DNA of 64,000 bases, taken from NCBI GenBank assembly GCA_021818955.1, contig JAKASR010000002.1, forward strand, positions 9,169 through 73,168, in the 5' to 3' direction. Numbering within the stretch: the first letter of the stretch is position 1; each line of letters opens with the position of its first letter. Source of the stretch: Acidobacteriota bacterium. GTDB lineage: Bacteria > Acidobacteriota > Terriglobia > Terriglobales > SCQP01. Both the position numbers and the translations under genes were made by a program. Below, piece after piece: positions 10,604 through 22,095 of this stretch. The notes under the pieces were generated by a model. The model was not told the origin of the DNA and made no database searches. It was given only the letters and a program-made list of their open reading frames with translations.

Positions 10604-11416
10604 TTAAAAAGCGTAATGGAAGCCGGCGGCGATGATGGGATACCACTTGAAGATTTTGACGTCATTTTCCAAACGGGTCTGTTCGGCCTGCACATTGGCC
10701 TGAACGGAGGGATTGGAGGTGCTCTGGCAGTTGGCGCCATTGGGGTCGCAGACGTCGCCTTGAAGCGCCAGGGCCACCTGCGGAGTTCCCTGATAAGCCG
10801 CGCCGATTTCGAAACTGATGCCGAAATGTTTATTGCGCGGCACCAGATTGCCGATGCCCACAGTGATCATGGGCGCGACCTTGTGGCTGGTGTTGAGCAG
10901 CAAGTTTCCGCTCACCGGATTGGCGGTCGAGCTGGTATAGGTCGTTCCGCCCAGGGTAAATTGGTCGCCGCCGGGGACGGCAGCGTTTCCCGTAATCTTG
11001 TTGCCGTCATAAAGCAGCACGCCGGGGCTGAGATGCAACGGCCCCCAGAAAAACCAGTCGGCATGCGCCTCGACCGAACGCAGGGAAAGATGGCCGGTAT
11101 AGCCGATGCCGTCTTTATTGAGGTTATGGCTTAAAGAAAAATCGTTAAAGCCGACGCGAAAATTCAGTTTAGGCAAGACGCGCGCGGCAAACTGCACTCC
11201 GGGGCCCAGCGTCGAGGCCTGAATGCCGATGCCAAAGCGGTGGCTGGATGAATAGGCAGCCGGCAACGCGGGGGGCGCGGCGGCTTGACCATTCACGGAG
11301 CCGGCAGCGTAAGCGGGGTTGGCAGGCGGCGTCTGCGCCGCCAGTCCCAAGCCGAACAGCAGTGCGGCCAAACACGAAGCCACCCATCCCAAGCCATGCG
11401 AAAAAGCCTGGCGCAT
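10604..11416 (-). CDS. Hypothetical outer-membrane beta-barrel protein
   Basis: Signal peptide from ATG 11416 (SD GAGGGA), amphipathic beta strands, C-terminal GFHYAF ending in Phe. Confidence 0.7.
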   Translation of the reverse strand: MRQAFSHGLGWVASCLAALLFGLGLAAQTPPANPAYAAGSVNGQAAAPPALPAAYSSSHRFGIGIQASTLGPGVQFAARVLPKLNFRVGFNDFSLSHNLNKDGIGYTGHLSLRSVEAHADWFFWGPLHLSPGVLLYDGNKITGNAAVPGGDQFTLGGTTYTSSTANPVSGNLLLNTSHKVAPMITVGIGNLVPRNKHFGISFEIGAAYQGTPQVALALQGDVCDPNGANCQSTSNPSVQANVQAEQTRLENDVKIFKWYPIIAAGFHYAF

Positions 11417-11600
11417 AATTTTTCCCTCAATCCTTGTGGAAATAGCGTGCGTGGGCAAGCACGGAATTGCCCGCCCGAAGTCACATTGTGACTGATCCGA
11501 CACACATAAGTCTATCTACCAAGGGAAATAGATATTTAGAACACGGATACCATACTGCAAGGATGCCCCCCGCCGCTTCCGGCCATGCCCGTCTGGAGTT

Positions 11601-12509
11601 TTAGATCAGGCCGGCTTTTTCCAAGGCTTTTTCCAACTGGCGGCGCGAGGCCTCGGCGAGCGGTTCGAGCGGCAGGCGGTAAACTTCCTGGCACAAGCCC
11701 ATGCGCGCCAGCGCGGCCTTGACCGGAATCGGGTTGGATTCGATGAAGTTCGCCTGCATCAGGTCCAGATACTTGAAGTGGAGTTCGCGGGCGGCGGCGA
11801 AGTCGCCTTGCAGGCCATGCCGCACCAGATCGGCCATGGCGCGGGGAATTTCGTTGGAGGCCACGCTGATCAAGCCATGACCGCCCAGGGCCAGCAGCGG
11901 CAAGGTCAGGGCATCATCGCCCGAGAGCACGCGGAAGCCGGGCAAAGCGGCCAGGATCTCGGCCATTTGCAAAATGTTGCCGCTGGCCTCTTTCACCCCG
12001 ACCACGCCGGGAATGCGCGCCAGCAGCGCCAGGGTGGCGGGAGTAATGTTGCTGCCGGTGCGTCCGGGCACGTTATAAACCACCAGCGGCAGCGGCACCG
12101 CCTGGGTAATGGCGGTGTAATGCGCCACCAGGCCGGCGGGATTGGGCTTGTTGTAATAGGGCGAGACCGAAAGGAGGCCATCGGCGCCGGCTTCGGCCAG
12201 GCGGTGGGCCAGATCGATCACGTGCGCGGTGTGGTTGCCGCCGGCGCCGGCCAGCACGGCAACCCGGCGCGGGGCGCGGCGGGCCTCCTCCACCGTAATC
12301 GCCACCACGCGCGCGTGTTCGGCGACGGATAAGGTCGGGGTTTCGCCGGTCGTGCCTCCCGGGACGAGAAAATCAATGCCTTCCTGTATCTGAAAGCGCA
12401 CCAGCAGGCGCAAGGCATTTTCATCGAGGGCGCGATCGGCGGTGAAAGGGGTAATCAGGGCGGTGCCGCAACCGCGCAGCCAAGCGGGAGGGGGGGTGCT
12501 CATAGCCAT
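11601..12509 (-). CDS. dapA: 4-hydroxy-tetrahydrodipicolinate synthase
   Basis: GCGTALITPF, GTTGE, SPYYNKP, YNVPGRTG, GVKEASG, ESNPIPVK; start may be ATG 12503. Confidence 0.95.
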   Translation of the reverse strand: MAMSTPPPAWLRGCGTALITPFTADRALDENALRLLVRFQIQEGIDFLVPGGTTGETPTLSVAEHARVVAITVEEARRAPRRVAVLAGAGGNHTAHVIDLAHRLAEAGADGLLSVSPYYNKPNPAGLVAHYTAITQAVPLPLVVYNVPGRTGSNITPATLALLARIPGVVGVKEASGNILQMAEILAALPGFRVLSGDDALTLPLLALGGHGLISVASNEIPRAMADLVRHGLQGDFAAARELHFKYLDLMQANFIESNPIPVKAALARMGLCQEVYRLPLEPLAEASRRQLEKALEKAGLI

Positions 12510-12521
12510 TTCATTATAGGT

Positions 12522-12617
12522 GCGGCTCGGCCGCTTTTACTTTTAGGCGCTGACGCTTTCGCCAAGGTCCGGCCGAAACCGGACGCAGGGCGAATACTCA
12601 TGGATACCGAAAGTTTA
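12522..12617 (-). repeat. Intergenic structured repeat, copy 4
   Basis: Near-identical to copy 2; immediately upstream of dapA. Confidence 0.95.
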
Positions 12618-12696
12618 AAATGGCGCGACAATATTTCGGCACTCGCATGGGACCTCCGGCCGCATTTCCGGACAATTGCCAATTCGGAACCGGCAA

Positions 12697-12708
12697 ATTG
12701 TATACAAT
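12697..12708. promoter_or_regulatory. Perfect palindrome ATTGTATACAAT, probable GntR-family (HypR-like) operator
   Basis: 12 bp perfect palindrome 44 nt upstream of the hydroxyproline operon; TTGT-NN-ACAA is typical of GntR-family operators. Confidence 0.65.
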
Positions 12709-12752
12709 GTTGAGTTCAAAAAATATTACCCGCTCACGAGCGCGCCACCACT

Positions 12753-13733
12753 ATGCCGGAAAAAGCTGATAACCCGCCTGCCGCACTGCCCGGCCGGGCT
12801 TCCAGAATCCACGTCGTCGATTCGCATACTGCCGGCGAGCCGACGCGGGTAGTGATTGCCGGCGGGCCGGAGTTGGGGAATGGCTCGATGGCCGAGCGGC
12901 TGGATCGGTTCCGGCGCGAGCATGACCGTTTTCGTTCCGCCGTGGTCAACGAGCCGCGCGGCTCCGACGCCCTGGTGGGGGCGCTACTATGCGCGCCCTG
13001 CGACCCCACCTGCGCCGCGGGCGTAATTTTTTTTAATAATGTCGGCTATCTCGGCATGTGCGGGCACGGCACCATCGGCTTGATGGCGACGCTGGAATGG
13101 CTGGGGCGCTTAACGCCCGGCAAGCACCGCATCGAGACCCCGGTAGGCGAAGTCACGGCGGAACTGCATGGCGGGGGCACGGTCACGGTCAGCAATGTTC
13201 CGAGTTATCGCTTTCGCCAGGGTGTAGAGGTCGAAGCGCCCGGCGTGGGGCGGGTGCGGGGCGATATCGCCTGGGGGGGCAACTGGTTTTTCCTGGTCGA
13301 AGGCCACGGGCAAAAGCTGGATTATCGAAGCCTGGATGCGCTGACCGAATACGCCTGGCAAATACGGCAAGGGCTGGAACATGCCGGGATTCGCGGGGCG
13401 AACGGAGCGGAGATCGACCACATCGAGCTGGTGGGGGCGGCGCACAACGGAGGGCCTGCGCGAAATTTTGTGCTTTGTCCGGGCAAAGCCTACGACCGCT
13501 CCCCCTGCGGCACCGGCACCAGCGCCAAGCTGGCCTGCCTGCACGCCGACGGCAAATTGCAGCCGGGCGAAACCTGGCGGCAGGAAGGCATTTTGGGCAC
13601 CTCGTTCGAAGGCCGCATCACGCTGCACGATGGGAAAATCGAGCCGCACATCACCGGCAGCGCCTATGTGACCGGAGAAGCCGAACTGGTGCTGGACGAA
13701 CGCGATCCCTTCTGTTGGGGCATCCGTGCCTAA
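12753..13733 (+). CDS. lhpA: 4-hydroxyproline 2-epimerase (proline racemase family)
   Basis: [10 protein letters not shown]; catalytic Cys pair in MCGHGTIG and [11 protein letters not shown]; operon context. Confidence 0.92.
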   Translation: MPEKADNPPAALPGRASRIHVVDSHTAGEPTRVVIAGGPELGNGSMAERLDRFRREHDRFRSAVVNEPRGSDALVGALLCAPCDPTCAAGVIFFNNVGYLGMCGHGTIGLMATLEWLGRLTPGKHRIETPVGEVTAELHGGGTVTVSNVPSYRFRQGVEVEAPGVGRVRGDIAWGGNWFFLVEGHGQKLDYRSLDALTEYAWQIRQGLEHAGIRGANGAEIDHIELVGAAHNGGPARNFVLCPGKAYDRSPCGTGTSAKLACLHADGKLQPGETWRQEGILGTSFEGRITLHDGKIEPHITGSAYVTGEAELVLDERDPFCWGIRA

Positions 13734-14859
13734 TTCCCCGGTTTGGGATATAGCCATTATCGGCGCCGGGATCGTCGGTTGCGCCTGCGCGGCGGCGGCA
13801 GCCGCAGCCGGACTGCGCACGGCGGTGATCGAGTCCCAAACGCCGGGAGGCGGCACTACGGCCGCGGGCATGGGCCATATCGTGGTCATGGACGATTCTC
13901 CGGCGCAGTTTGCGCTGACGCGCTATTCGCAACTGCTTTGGCAGGAATGGGCGCCGGAGCTGCCGCAAGGGGTGGAATATTCGCGCTGCGGCACGCTTTG
14001 GCTGGCCCGCGACGAAACGGAGTTGCGCCTGGCCGTGGCGAAGCAGCAGGCGTATCGCTCGCAAGGAGTTCCGGCGGAGATGCTCGATGCGGGGGCGCTG
14101 GCCGCGGCCGAGCCGAAATTGCGTCCCGGCCTGGCCGGCGCCATGCTGGCGGCGGAAGACGCGGTGTTGTATCCGCCGGCGGCGGCTAAGTTTTTTCTCG
14201 ACCGGGCGCGGGCGCAAGGCGCCTGCCTGATCCAGGGAGAATGCGCTGCGCTGGCAGAAGGCGGGATCAAGCTACGGGACGGCAGGCGCGTTGCGGCCGG
14301 CGAGATTGTCCTTGCCGCCGGCGCGCAGTCCACGGGGTTCATGCCGGGGCTGCCGATCGCGCCGCGCAAAGGGCACCTGCTGATCACCGATCGCTATCCC
14401 GGCTGGCTGCATCATCAGGTGGTGGAACTCGGATATCTGCGCAGCGCGCATTCGCTGGCGGAGGATTCGGTGGCCTGCAATCTGCAACCGCGCCTTAGCG
14501 GGCAGATCCTGATCGGCTCGTCGCGCCAATACGGCGCGACCAGCGCCGCAGTGGAACCGGGCATGCTGGCGCGCATGCTACAACGCGCGATGGACTACAT
14601 GCCGGAACTGGCGCAACTATCCTCCATCCGGGCGTGGACGGGTTTTCGCGCCGCCACGCCGGATAAGCTGCCGCTGATCGGTGCAGCGGAAGGCCATCCG
14701 CATGTCTGGCTGGCCACCGGGCATGAGGGACTGGGCATTACCACCGCGCCCGCCACCGCCGCGCTGCTGCTGGCGCAGATGACGGGAACACCGGCGGCGA
14801 TTCCGGCGGCGCCTTACCTGCCAGACCGGCAACCGGAAACGGGAGAAGCGCATGCCTGA
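13726..14859 (+). CDS. lhpB: D-hydroxyproline dehydrogenase beta subunit (DAO-family FAD oxidoreductase)
   Basis: [31 protein letters not shown]; operon context. Confidence 0.85.
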   Translation: MPNSPVWDIAIIGAGIVGCACAAAAAAAGLRTAVIESQTPGGGTTAAGMGHIVVMDDSPAQFALTRYSQLLWQEWAPELPQGVEYSRCGTLWLARDETELRLAVAKQQAYRSQGVPAEMLDAGALAAAEPKLRPGLAGAMLAAEDAVLYPPAAAKFFLDRARAQGACLIQGECAALAEGGIKLRDGRRVAAGEIVLAAGAQSTGFMPGLPIAPRKGHLLITDRYPGWLHHQVVELGYLRSAHSLAEDSVACNLQPRLSGQILIGSSRQYGATSAAVEPGMLARMLQRAMDYMPELAQLSSIRAWTGFRAATPDKLPLIGAAEGHPHVWLATGHEGLGITTAPATAALLLAQMTGTPAAIPAAPYLPDRQPETGEAHA

Positions 14860-15097
14860 GCGCGTGCGGGTAAAGGTGAATGGGCGCGAGTTGGAGATGC
14901 CGGCGGAGGCCAGCGTGGCGGCGGCGCTGATGAGCGCCGGCGTCAGCGGCTTGCGCCGCTCGCGCACGGGCGAACCCCGCGGTCCGGTCTGCGGCATGGG
15001 AGTTTGCATGGAATGCCGCGTCCGCGTCGATGGCCGGGCGCACCAGCGCGCCTGTCAATTCAGTTGCCGGGAAGGCATGGAGATCGAGTGCCGGTGA
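14852..15097 (+). CDS. 2Fe-2S protein, D-hydroxyproline dehydrogenase gamma subunit
   Basis: CGMGVCMEC...RAC; overlaps both neighbours. Confidence 0.88.
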   Translation: MPERVRVKVNGRELEMPAEASVAAALMSAGVSGLRRSRTGEPRGPVCGMGVCMECRVRVDGRAHQRACQFSCREGMEIECR

Positions 15098-16368
15098 AGG
15101 CTGCAGCACAAATCGTAGTCGTGGGCGGCGGGCCGGCCGGCCTGGCGGCGGCGGCCAGCGCCGCCGAATGCGGCAAGCGCGTGCTGCTGCTGGATGAAAA
15201 TCCGCTTCCCGGCGGCCAAATCTGGCGGGCGAAAAATGGAACGATCACGGCGGAAGCCGAGGGCTGGCGCCAGAGAGCGCAGGCGGCAGGCGTGGAATGG
15301 CGGGGAGGGCGCCAGGCGGTGGCGGCGGCGACGGGCCAGTTATGGCTGGAGCACGCCGGCGGGGTCGAGGTGGCGGCCTGGGAAGAATTGATTTTGGCGA
15401 CAGGAGCGCGGGAACTGCTGCTCCCGTTTCCGGGCTGGACCTTGCCGAATTGCTGTGGCGCCGGCGGGTTGCAAGCTTTAGTCAAAGCCGGCCTGGAAAT
15501 TCGTGACAAACGCGTGCTGGTCGCCGGCAGCGGTCCGCTGCTGATGGCGGTGGCCGCCTTTTTACGCCAGCAGGGCGCGCGCGTGCTCCTGATCGCCGAA
15601 CAGGCGCCGGCCGGCCAGGTGGCCGCCGCGGCGCTGCATCTGCCGCCGGCCAAGCTGCGGCAGGCCTGGCAATTACGCCGCGCCACGCGCGGCGTTCCCT
15701 TCCTGGCCGGCTGCTGGGTGGAAGCGGCGGAAGGCAGGCAACAGTTGGAACGAGTCCGGCTGCGGCGCGGCGTCCGGCGCTGGAGCCTGGAGTGCGATTA
15801 TCTGGCTTGCGGCTTCGGCCTGACGCCGAATAGCGAACTGGGACAGTTGCTGGGATGTGCGCTCACAGCCGAGGCCGGCATCGCGGTGAATCGCTGGCAG
15901 CAGACTAGCGTAGAGCACATCTGGTGCGCCGGCGAAGCCGCGGGCATTGCCGGCGTGGAGGCGGCGTGGCGATCCGGCGAAATTGCCGGCTATGCCGCCG
16001 CCGGCAGGCAGGAACGGACAGCGCCGCTGCTGGCCCGGCGCGATCGGGAGCAACAATCCAGCCAGCGCCTGCTGCGCCGGCTGGCGCCGCGTGCGGAATT
16101 GCGAGCGCTGGCTCAGGATACGACCTGGCTGTGCCGCTGCGAAGACGTCACCGTCGGCGAGGCCCGCCCCTATGCCAACTGGCGGGAGGCAAAACTGCAA
16201 ACGCGCTGCGGCATGGGCGCCTGCCAGGGCAGAATCTGCGGCGCGGCGGCACGATTTCTCTGGGGCTGGCAAATCAACGCGGCGCGTCCGCCGATTTTAC
16301 CGGCGCGCGTGGGCACGCTGGCGCAGGCGGCTCCGGCACCGTCAATATCAACTGAGGTTACGGTATGA
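15094..16368 (+). CDS. FAD/NAD oxidoreductase with BFD-like Fe-S domain, D-hydroxyproline dehydrogenase alpha subunit
   Basis: GTG start overlaps upstream TGA; GGGPAG, ATGARE, CRCEDV, RCGMGACQGRICG. Confidence 0.85.
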   Translation: MKAAAQIVVVGGGPAGLAAAASAAECGKRVLLLDENPLPGGQIWRAKNGTITAEAEGWRQRAQAAGVEWRGGRQAVAAATGQLWLEHAGGVEVAAWEELILATGARELLLPFPGWTLPNCCGAGGLQALVKAGLEIRDKRVLVAGSGPLLMAVAAFLRQQGARVLLIAEQAPAGQVAAAALHLPPAKLRQAWQLRRATRGVPFLAGCWVEAAEGRQQLERVRLRRGVRRWSLECDYLACGFGLTPNSELGQLLGCALTAEAGIAVNRWQQTSVEHIWCAGEAAGIAGVEAAWRSGEIAGYAAAGRQERTAPLLARRDREQQSSQRLLRRLAPRAELRALAQDTTWLCRCEDVTVGEARPYANWREAKLQTRCGMGACQGRICGAAARFLWGWQINAARPPILPARVGTLAQAAPAPSISTEVTV

Positions 16369-17291
16369 ATATGCAATGGCGCGGCGTCATGCCCGCAATC
16401 ACCACGCCCTTCAATGCGGATTTATCGGTGGACTATGCGGCGCTCGGCCAGCGCTGCCAGCGCCTGATCGCGGCCGGCTGCACGGGCGTGGTGGCGCTGG
16501 GCTCGCTGGGCGAAGGCGCCACCCTCGAAGCGGAAGAAAAGCGGCGGATTCTGGCGGCTTGCGTGGCGGCGCTGCAAGGCAAAGCGCCGGTGGTGGCGGG
16601 GATTTCCGCCTTGAGCACCGCCCAGGCGGTGGCGCTGGCGCGGGTGGCGGAAGCCAGCGGCTGCGATGGCATCATGGCGCTTCCGCCCTATGTGTATGCG
16701 GGCGATTGGGGGGAAATGAAGGCGCATATCGCCGCCATTTTGAATGCCACCCGGCTGCCGGCCATGCTGTATAACAACCCCATTGCCTACGGCACCGATT
16801 TTTTGCCGGCGCAGATTGCCGAGCTGGCGAAAGCGTTTCCGCAGCTGGCGGCGGTGAAAGAATCAAGCGGCGATGCGCGGCGGATCGCGGCCCTCCGCGC
16901 CCTGATGGGCGAGCGGCTGGCGCTGCTAGTGGGCCTGGACGATTGCATTGTGGAAGGCGTGATGATGGGCGCGCAGGGCTGGATAGCCGGCCTGGCCAAT
17001 GCCTTGCCGCAGGAATCGGTGGCGCTGTTCGAGGCGGCGCGCGAGCACCGCGCGGAAGCGTTTGAACTCTACCGCTGGTTTCTGCCGCTTTTGCGCATGG
17101 ATACCGTGCCGAAATTCGTGCAACTCATCAAGCTGGCTGAAGAGATCTGCGGGGTGGGCAGCCCGCGGGTGCGTCCGCCGCGGCTGGAACTGACCGGAGA
17201 AGAGCGGGAAACGGCGCGCGCGACGATACAGGCCGCGCTGGCAAGCCGACCGACACGGCACCCGGCAGGCGCGCCGGCCGGCAAAAACTGA
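16365..17291 (+). CDS. lhpC: Delta1-pyrroline-4-hydroxy-2-carboxylate deaminase (DHDPS family)
   Basis: DHDPS fold with GSLGE instead of GTTGE, YNNP, VKESSGD; inside the hydroxyproline operon. Confidence 0.82.
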   Translation: MNMQWRGVMPAITTPFNADLSVDYAALGQRCQRLIAAGCTGVVALGSLGEGATLEAEEKRRILAACVAALQGKAPVVAGISALSTAQAVALARVAEASGCDGIMALPPYVYAGDWGEMKAHIAAILNATRLPAMLYNNPIAYGTDFLPAQIAELAKAFPQLAAVKESSGDARRIAALRALMGERLALLVGLDDCIVEGVMMGAQGWIAGLANALPQESVALFEAAREHRAEAFELYRWFLPLLRMDTVPKFVQLIKLAEEICGVGSPRVRPPRLELTGEERETARATIQAALASRPTRHPAGAPAGKN

Positions 17292-17308
17292 ATGCAACCG
17301 TTCGGCTC

Positions 17309-18910
17309 ATGAAAACGGAAAAGATTATGGAAATCAGCGGGTGCTCGATCATTGGCTACGCGCGCGGGGCAATCCATCCGCCCCTGGGAGCCGGCATTAA
17401 CCCAGCCACCGGCGCGCGGCTGAAGCCGGAATTCGCCACCGCCAGCCCGGCCGAAGTGGCGCGGGCTACCGCGCTGGCGCACTCCGCATTTGGGGCATAC
17501 CGGAAGCTGCCGCCGGTGAAGCGGGCGGAATTTTTGCGCGCGATTGCGGCGGAACTGGAAGGCCTGGGCGAGGCCTGGCTGGAGCGGGCGCAGACGGAGA
17601 CCGCGCTGCCGCGCGCGCGCCTGGCGGGCGAGCGCGGGCGCACCTGCGGGCAATTGCGGCTGATGGCGGAATGCATCGAAGAAGGCTCCTGGGTGGAGGC
17701 GCGCATCGATCATGGCGATGCGGCGCGCCAGCCGCAACCCAAGCCGGACGTGCGCTCGATGCTGCGCCCGCTGGGACCGGTCGCGGTATTTTGCGCGGCC
17801 AATTTTCCCATGGCCTTTTCGGTGGCCGGCGGCGACACGGCCGCGGCGCTGGCGGCGGGCTGCCCGGTGGTGGTGATGGCGCACAGCGCGCATCCGGGCA
17901 CGGCGGAGATGGCGGGGCTGGCGATCGAGCAGGCGGCGAAGCGATTGGCGATGCCGGAGGGCGTCTTTTCGCTATTGTTCGGCGCAGGTTATGAAACCGG
18001 GCAGCGGCTGGTCGAAGCGCCGGAGATTGAAGCGGTGGCGTTTACCGGCTCGCGCCGGGGCGGCACGGCGCTGGCGCGGCTGGCCGCCGCGCGTCCAAAA
18101 CCGATTCCGATTTATGCCGAGATGAGCAGCGTCAATCCGGTGTTCCTGCTCGAAGAAGCCGTGGCCACGCGCGCCGAGGCGCTGGCGGCGGGCCTGACCG
18201 CGTCGGTGACGCTGAGCGTGGGCCAATTCTGCACCAATCCGGGCATTGTGGTGTTGCCCGCGGGCGAGGCCGGCGACCGGCTGGCGGAAAAGCTGGCGGA
18301 AAAAATGCGCGCGGCCACACCGGGAATCATGCTGAACCCGGATATCCACGCCGCCTATTGGCAGGCGCTCAAGGGGAAAAAAAGCGATCCGGAACTGCGC
18401 TGGCTGACCGCGCCCGCCGAAGCCAGCCGGAACGGGGAATGCCTGGCCGGCGCAGCCTTACTCGAAGCCGATGCCGCCACCCTGCGCCGGCGTCCGGAAT
18501 TGCAGCAGGAAATTTTCGGGCCGGCCACCCTGCTGGTGCGCGTCCGAGACCGGAGCGAAATGCTGGAACTGGCGCGCGCGCTGGAAGGCAACCTCACCGC
18601 CAGCGTGCATGGCGCCGAAGGCGAGCTGGCCGGAGCGGGCGAGCTGCTGGCCGAACTGGAGCGCCGCGCGGGCCGGTTGATCATAAATGGCTACCCGACC
18701 GGCGTCGAAGTAACCCATGCCATGGTGCACGGCGGTCCGTGGCCGGCGACCACGGACGCGCGCAGCACCTCGGTGGGCACGCGCTCGCTGGCGCGGTTCG
18801 CGCGTCCGGTATGTTTTCAAGACTGGCCGGATGCGCTGCTGCCGGAAGAACTGCAGGAAGCCAATCCGCGACACCTCTGGCGGCTGGTGGATGGAAGCTG
18901 GAAGCAATAA
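17309..18910 (+). CDS. lhpG: Alpha-ketoglutaric semialdehyde dehydrogenase (NADP+)
   Basis: NFPMAFSVAGGDTA, FTGS, EMSSVNP, GQFCTNPG, EIFGP, HGGPWPATT. Confidence 0.88.
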   Translation: MKTEKIMEISGCSIIGYARGAIHPPLGAGINPATGARLKPEFATASPAEVARATALAHSAFGAYRKLPPVKRAEFLRAIAAELEGLGEAWLERAQTETALPRARLAGERGRTCGQLRLMAECIEEGSWVEARIDHGDAARQPQPKPDVRSMLRPLGPVAVFCAANFPMAFSVAGGDTAAALAAGCPVVVMAHSAHPGTAEMAGLAIEQAAKRLAMPEGVFSLLFGAGYETGQRLVEAPEIEAVAFTGSRRGGTALARLAAARPKPIPIYAEMSSVNPVFLLEEAVATRAEALAAGLTASVTLSVGQFCTNPGIVVLPAGEAGDRLAEKLAEKMRAATPGIMLNPDIHAAYWQALKGKKSDPELRWLTAPAEASRNGECLAGAALLEADAATLRRRPELQQEIFGPATLLVRVRDRSEMLELARALEGNLTASVHGAEGELAGAGELLAELERRAGRLIINGYPTGVEVTHAMVHGGPWPATTDARSTSVGTRSLARFARPVCFQDWPDALLPEELQEANPRHLWRLVDGSWKQ

Positions 18911-19194
18911 GCCGGGGAATCGTGGCCGTTTTCCGCGCGATTCCCGAGCGCGCAGCCGTTCAGGCAACCTCGAGCGGAGCGCACGCATGGTTTCTAGGAC
19001 TTCGGGAATCCTGGTATTTCTATCGTCCCTGCGAGCATTGACCTCCTGAAAGCGCGCATATCTGAACGCAAATCATCCAAGCGATTGTTATAAAGAATGT
19101 CGCCGACCATCGATGGCCAAAGCGTGGCGATGATCGCGATGGTTTAGGGGTCGCGTCAACCCAACTCGCTTTCACCAAAAAGGCGCGCTCCGGG

Positions 19195-19863
19195 CTAATC
19201 CGCGGTATCCAGCAATTCACCGAACTCGTGCAGGCCGCGGCGGCCGAGAATCCACTGCGCCGCCGCCAGCGCGCCCGCAGCAAAGCCGCGGCGGGAGCGG
19301 GCAGCGTGGGTCAGGCTGAGGCTGTCGTCGGCGGATTCAAAGCCGGCGGTATGCGTGCCGGGAACGGCGCCGGCGCGCACGCTGGCGATAGAAACCGGCG
19401 CATGCCCGGCGGCGGCCAGCAGCGCTTCCATTTCGCGGGCGGTGCCGGAGGGGGCATCGCGCTTTTGGCGGTGATGGGTTTCGATAATGTACGACTCGTA
19501 GCCGCCGGGCATGCGGCGCGCGGCTTCGGCCAGGATGCGGTAAAACCACTGCACCCCGATCGAGAAGTTGGCGCCATAGACGACGCCCACCGAGGCCGCA
19601 TCCGCCAGTTGGCGCACACGGTCCATGTGGTCTTGCCATCCGGTGGTGCCGAGCACCACCGGAATACCGGCGCCCAGAGCGCGCTCCAGGTTTTCCACCA
19701 CGGCGTGGGGAACGCTGAAATCGATGGCGACCAGGCCGGGCGACCAGCCCTGATTCCAATCGTCCACGCGGCGAATGACGCGCGCGATGGCATGGCCCTG
19801 CTCCCGGGCAAGGGTCTCCACCAGGCGATTCATTTTGCCGTAACCGATCAGGATCAATTGCAT
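19195..19863 (-). CDS. dapB: 4-hydroxy-tetrahydrodipicolinate reductase
   Basis: GYGKM, AIDFS, GTTGW, NFSIG, ETHHRQKRDAPSGTA, RRGFAAGA. Confidence 0.93.
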   Translation of the reverse strand: MQLILIGYGKMNRLVETLAREQGHAIARVIRRVDDWNQGWSPGLVAIDFSVPHAVVENLERALGAGIPVVLGTTGWQDHMDRVRQLADAASVGVVYGANFSIGVQWFYRILAEAARRMPGGYESYIIETHHRQKRDAPSGTAREMEALLAAAGHAPVSIASVRAGAVPGTHTAGFESADDSLSLTHAARSRRGFAAGALAAAQWILGRRGLHEFGELLDTAD

Positions 19864-19902
19864 GGAGTTAATCGAGGCGCGGGGGGATGGGCATAAGCAG
19901 GC

Positions 19903-20319
19903 TCAATCCAGCGCCGGGGCGGGGCGGACATGGCCCTGGATGAACTCGATGATCTCGCGCATCGAAGTGCCCGGGGGAAAGACGGCGGCGACGCCGGCCT
20001 GCTTGAGCGCGGCCGTATCGGCATCCGGAATGATGCCGCCGATCACCACCAGCACGTCTTCCAGCCCGCGTTCGCGCAGCAGCACCATCAGGCGCGGCAC
20101 CAGGGCATTGTGCGCGCCGCTGAGAATGGAAAGCCCGATGCAATCGACATCTTCCTGCAAGGCGGCGGCGGCAATCATTTCCGGCGTTTGCCGCAAGCCG
20201 GTGTAGATGACTTCCATGCCGGCATCGCGCAAGCCGCGGGCCACCACCTTGGCGCCGCGATCGTGGCCATCCAACCCGGGCTTGGCCACCAGCACCCGAA
20301 TTTTTCTCTCCGCCGCCAC
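19903..20319 (-). CDS. Acyl-CoA mutase small subunit, cobalamin-binding domain (IcmB-like)
   Basis: [10 protein letters not shown] (DxHxxG), GLSILSG, GGIIP. Confidence 0.93.
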   Translation of the reverse strand: MAAERKIRVLVAKPGLDGHDRGAKVVARGLRDAGMEVIYTGLRQTPEMIAAAALQEDVDCIGLSILSGAHNALVPRLMVLLRERGLEDVLVVIGGIIPDADTAALKQAGVAAVFPPGTSMREIIEFIQGHVRPAPALD

Positions 20320-20337
20320 GTTTCGATTATGTACCCA

Positions 20338-22095
<1,758 letters not shown>

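Noticed and set aside
3471-12617. Repeat family as a CRISPR array, lysine riboswitch, hammerhead ribozyme or integron attC sites
   Set aside because: Copies are kilobases apart with no cas or integrase gene; no lysine-riboswitch architecture is recognisable; CTGACGC and CATGAG do not fit the CUGANGA hammerhead core; flanked genes include core dap genes
16365-17291. Second dapA
   Set aside because: GSLGE motif and hydroxyproline operon context indicate the deaminase; the true dapA is at 11601-12509
18911-19194. Hairpin-containing gap between convergent genes as an ncRNA
   Set aside because: Only short imperfect stems, which fit termination; no recognisable motif or repeat copy
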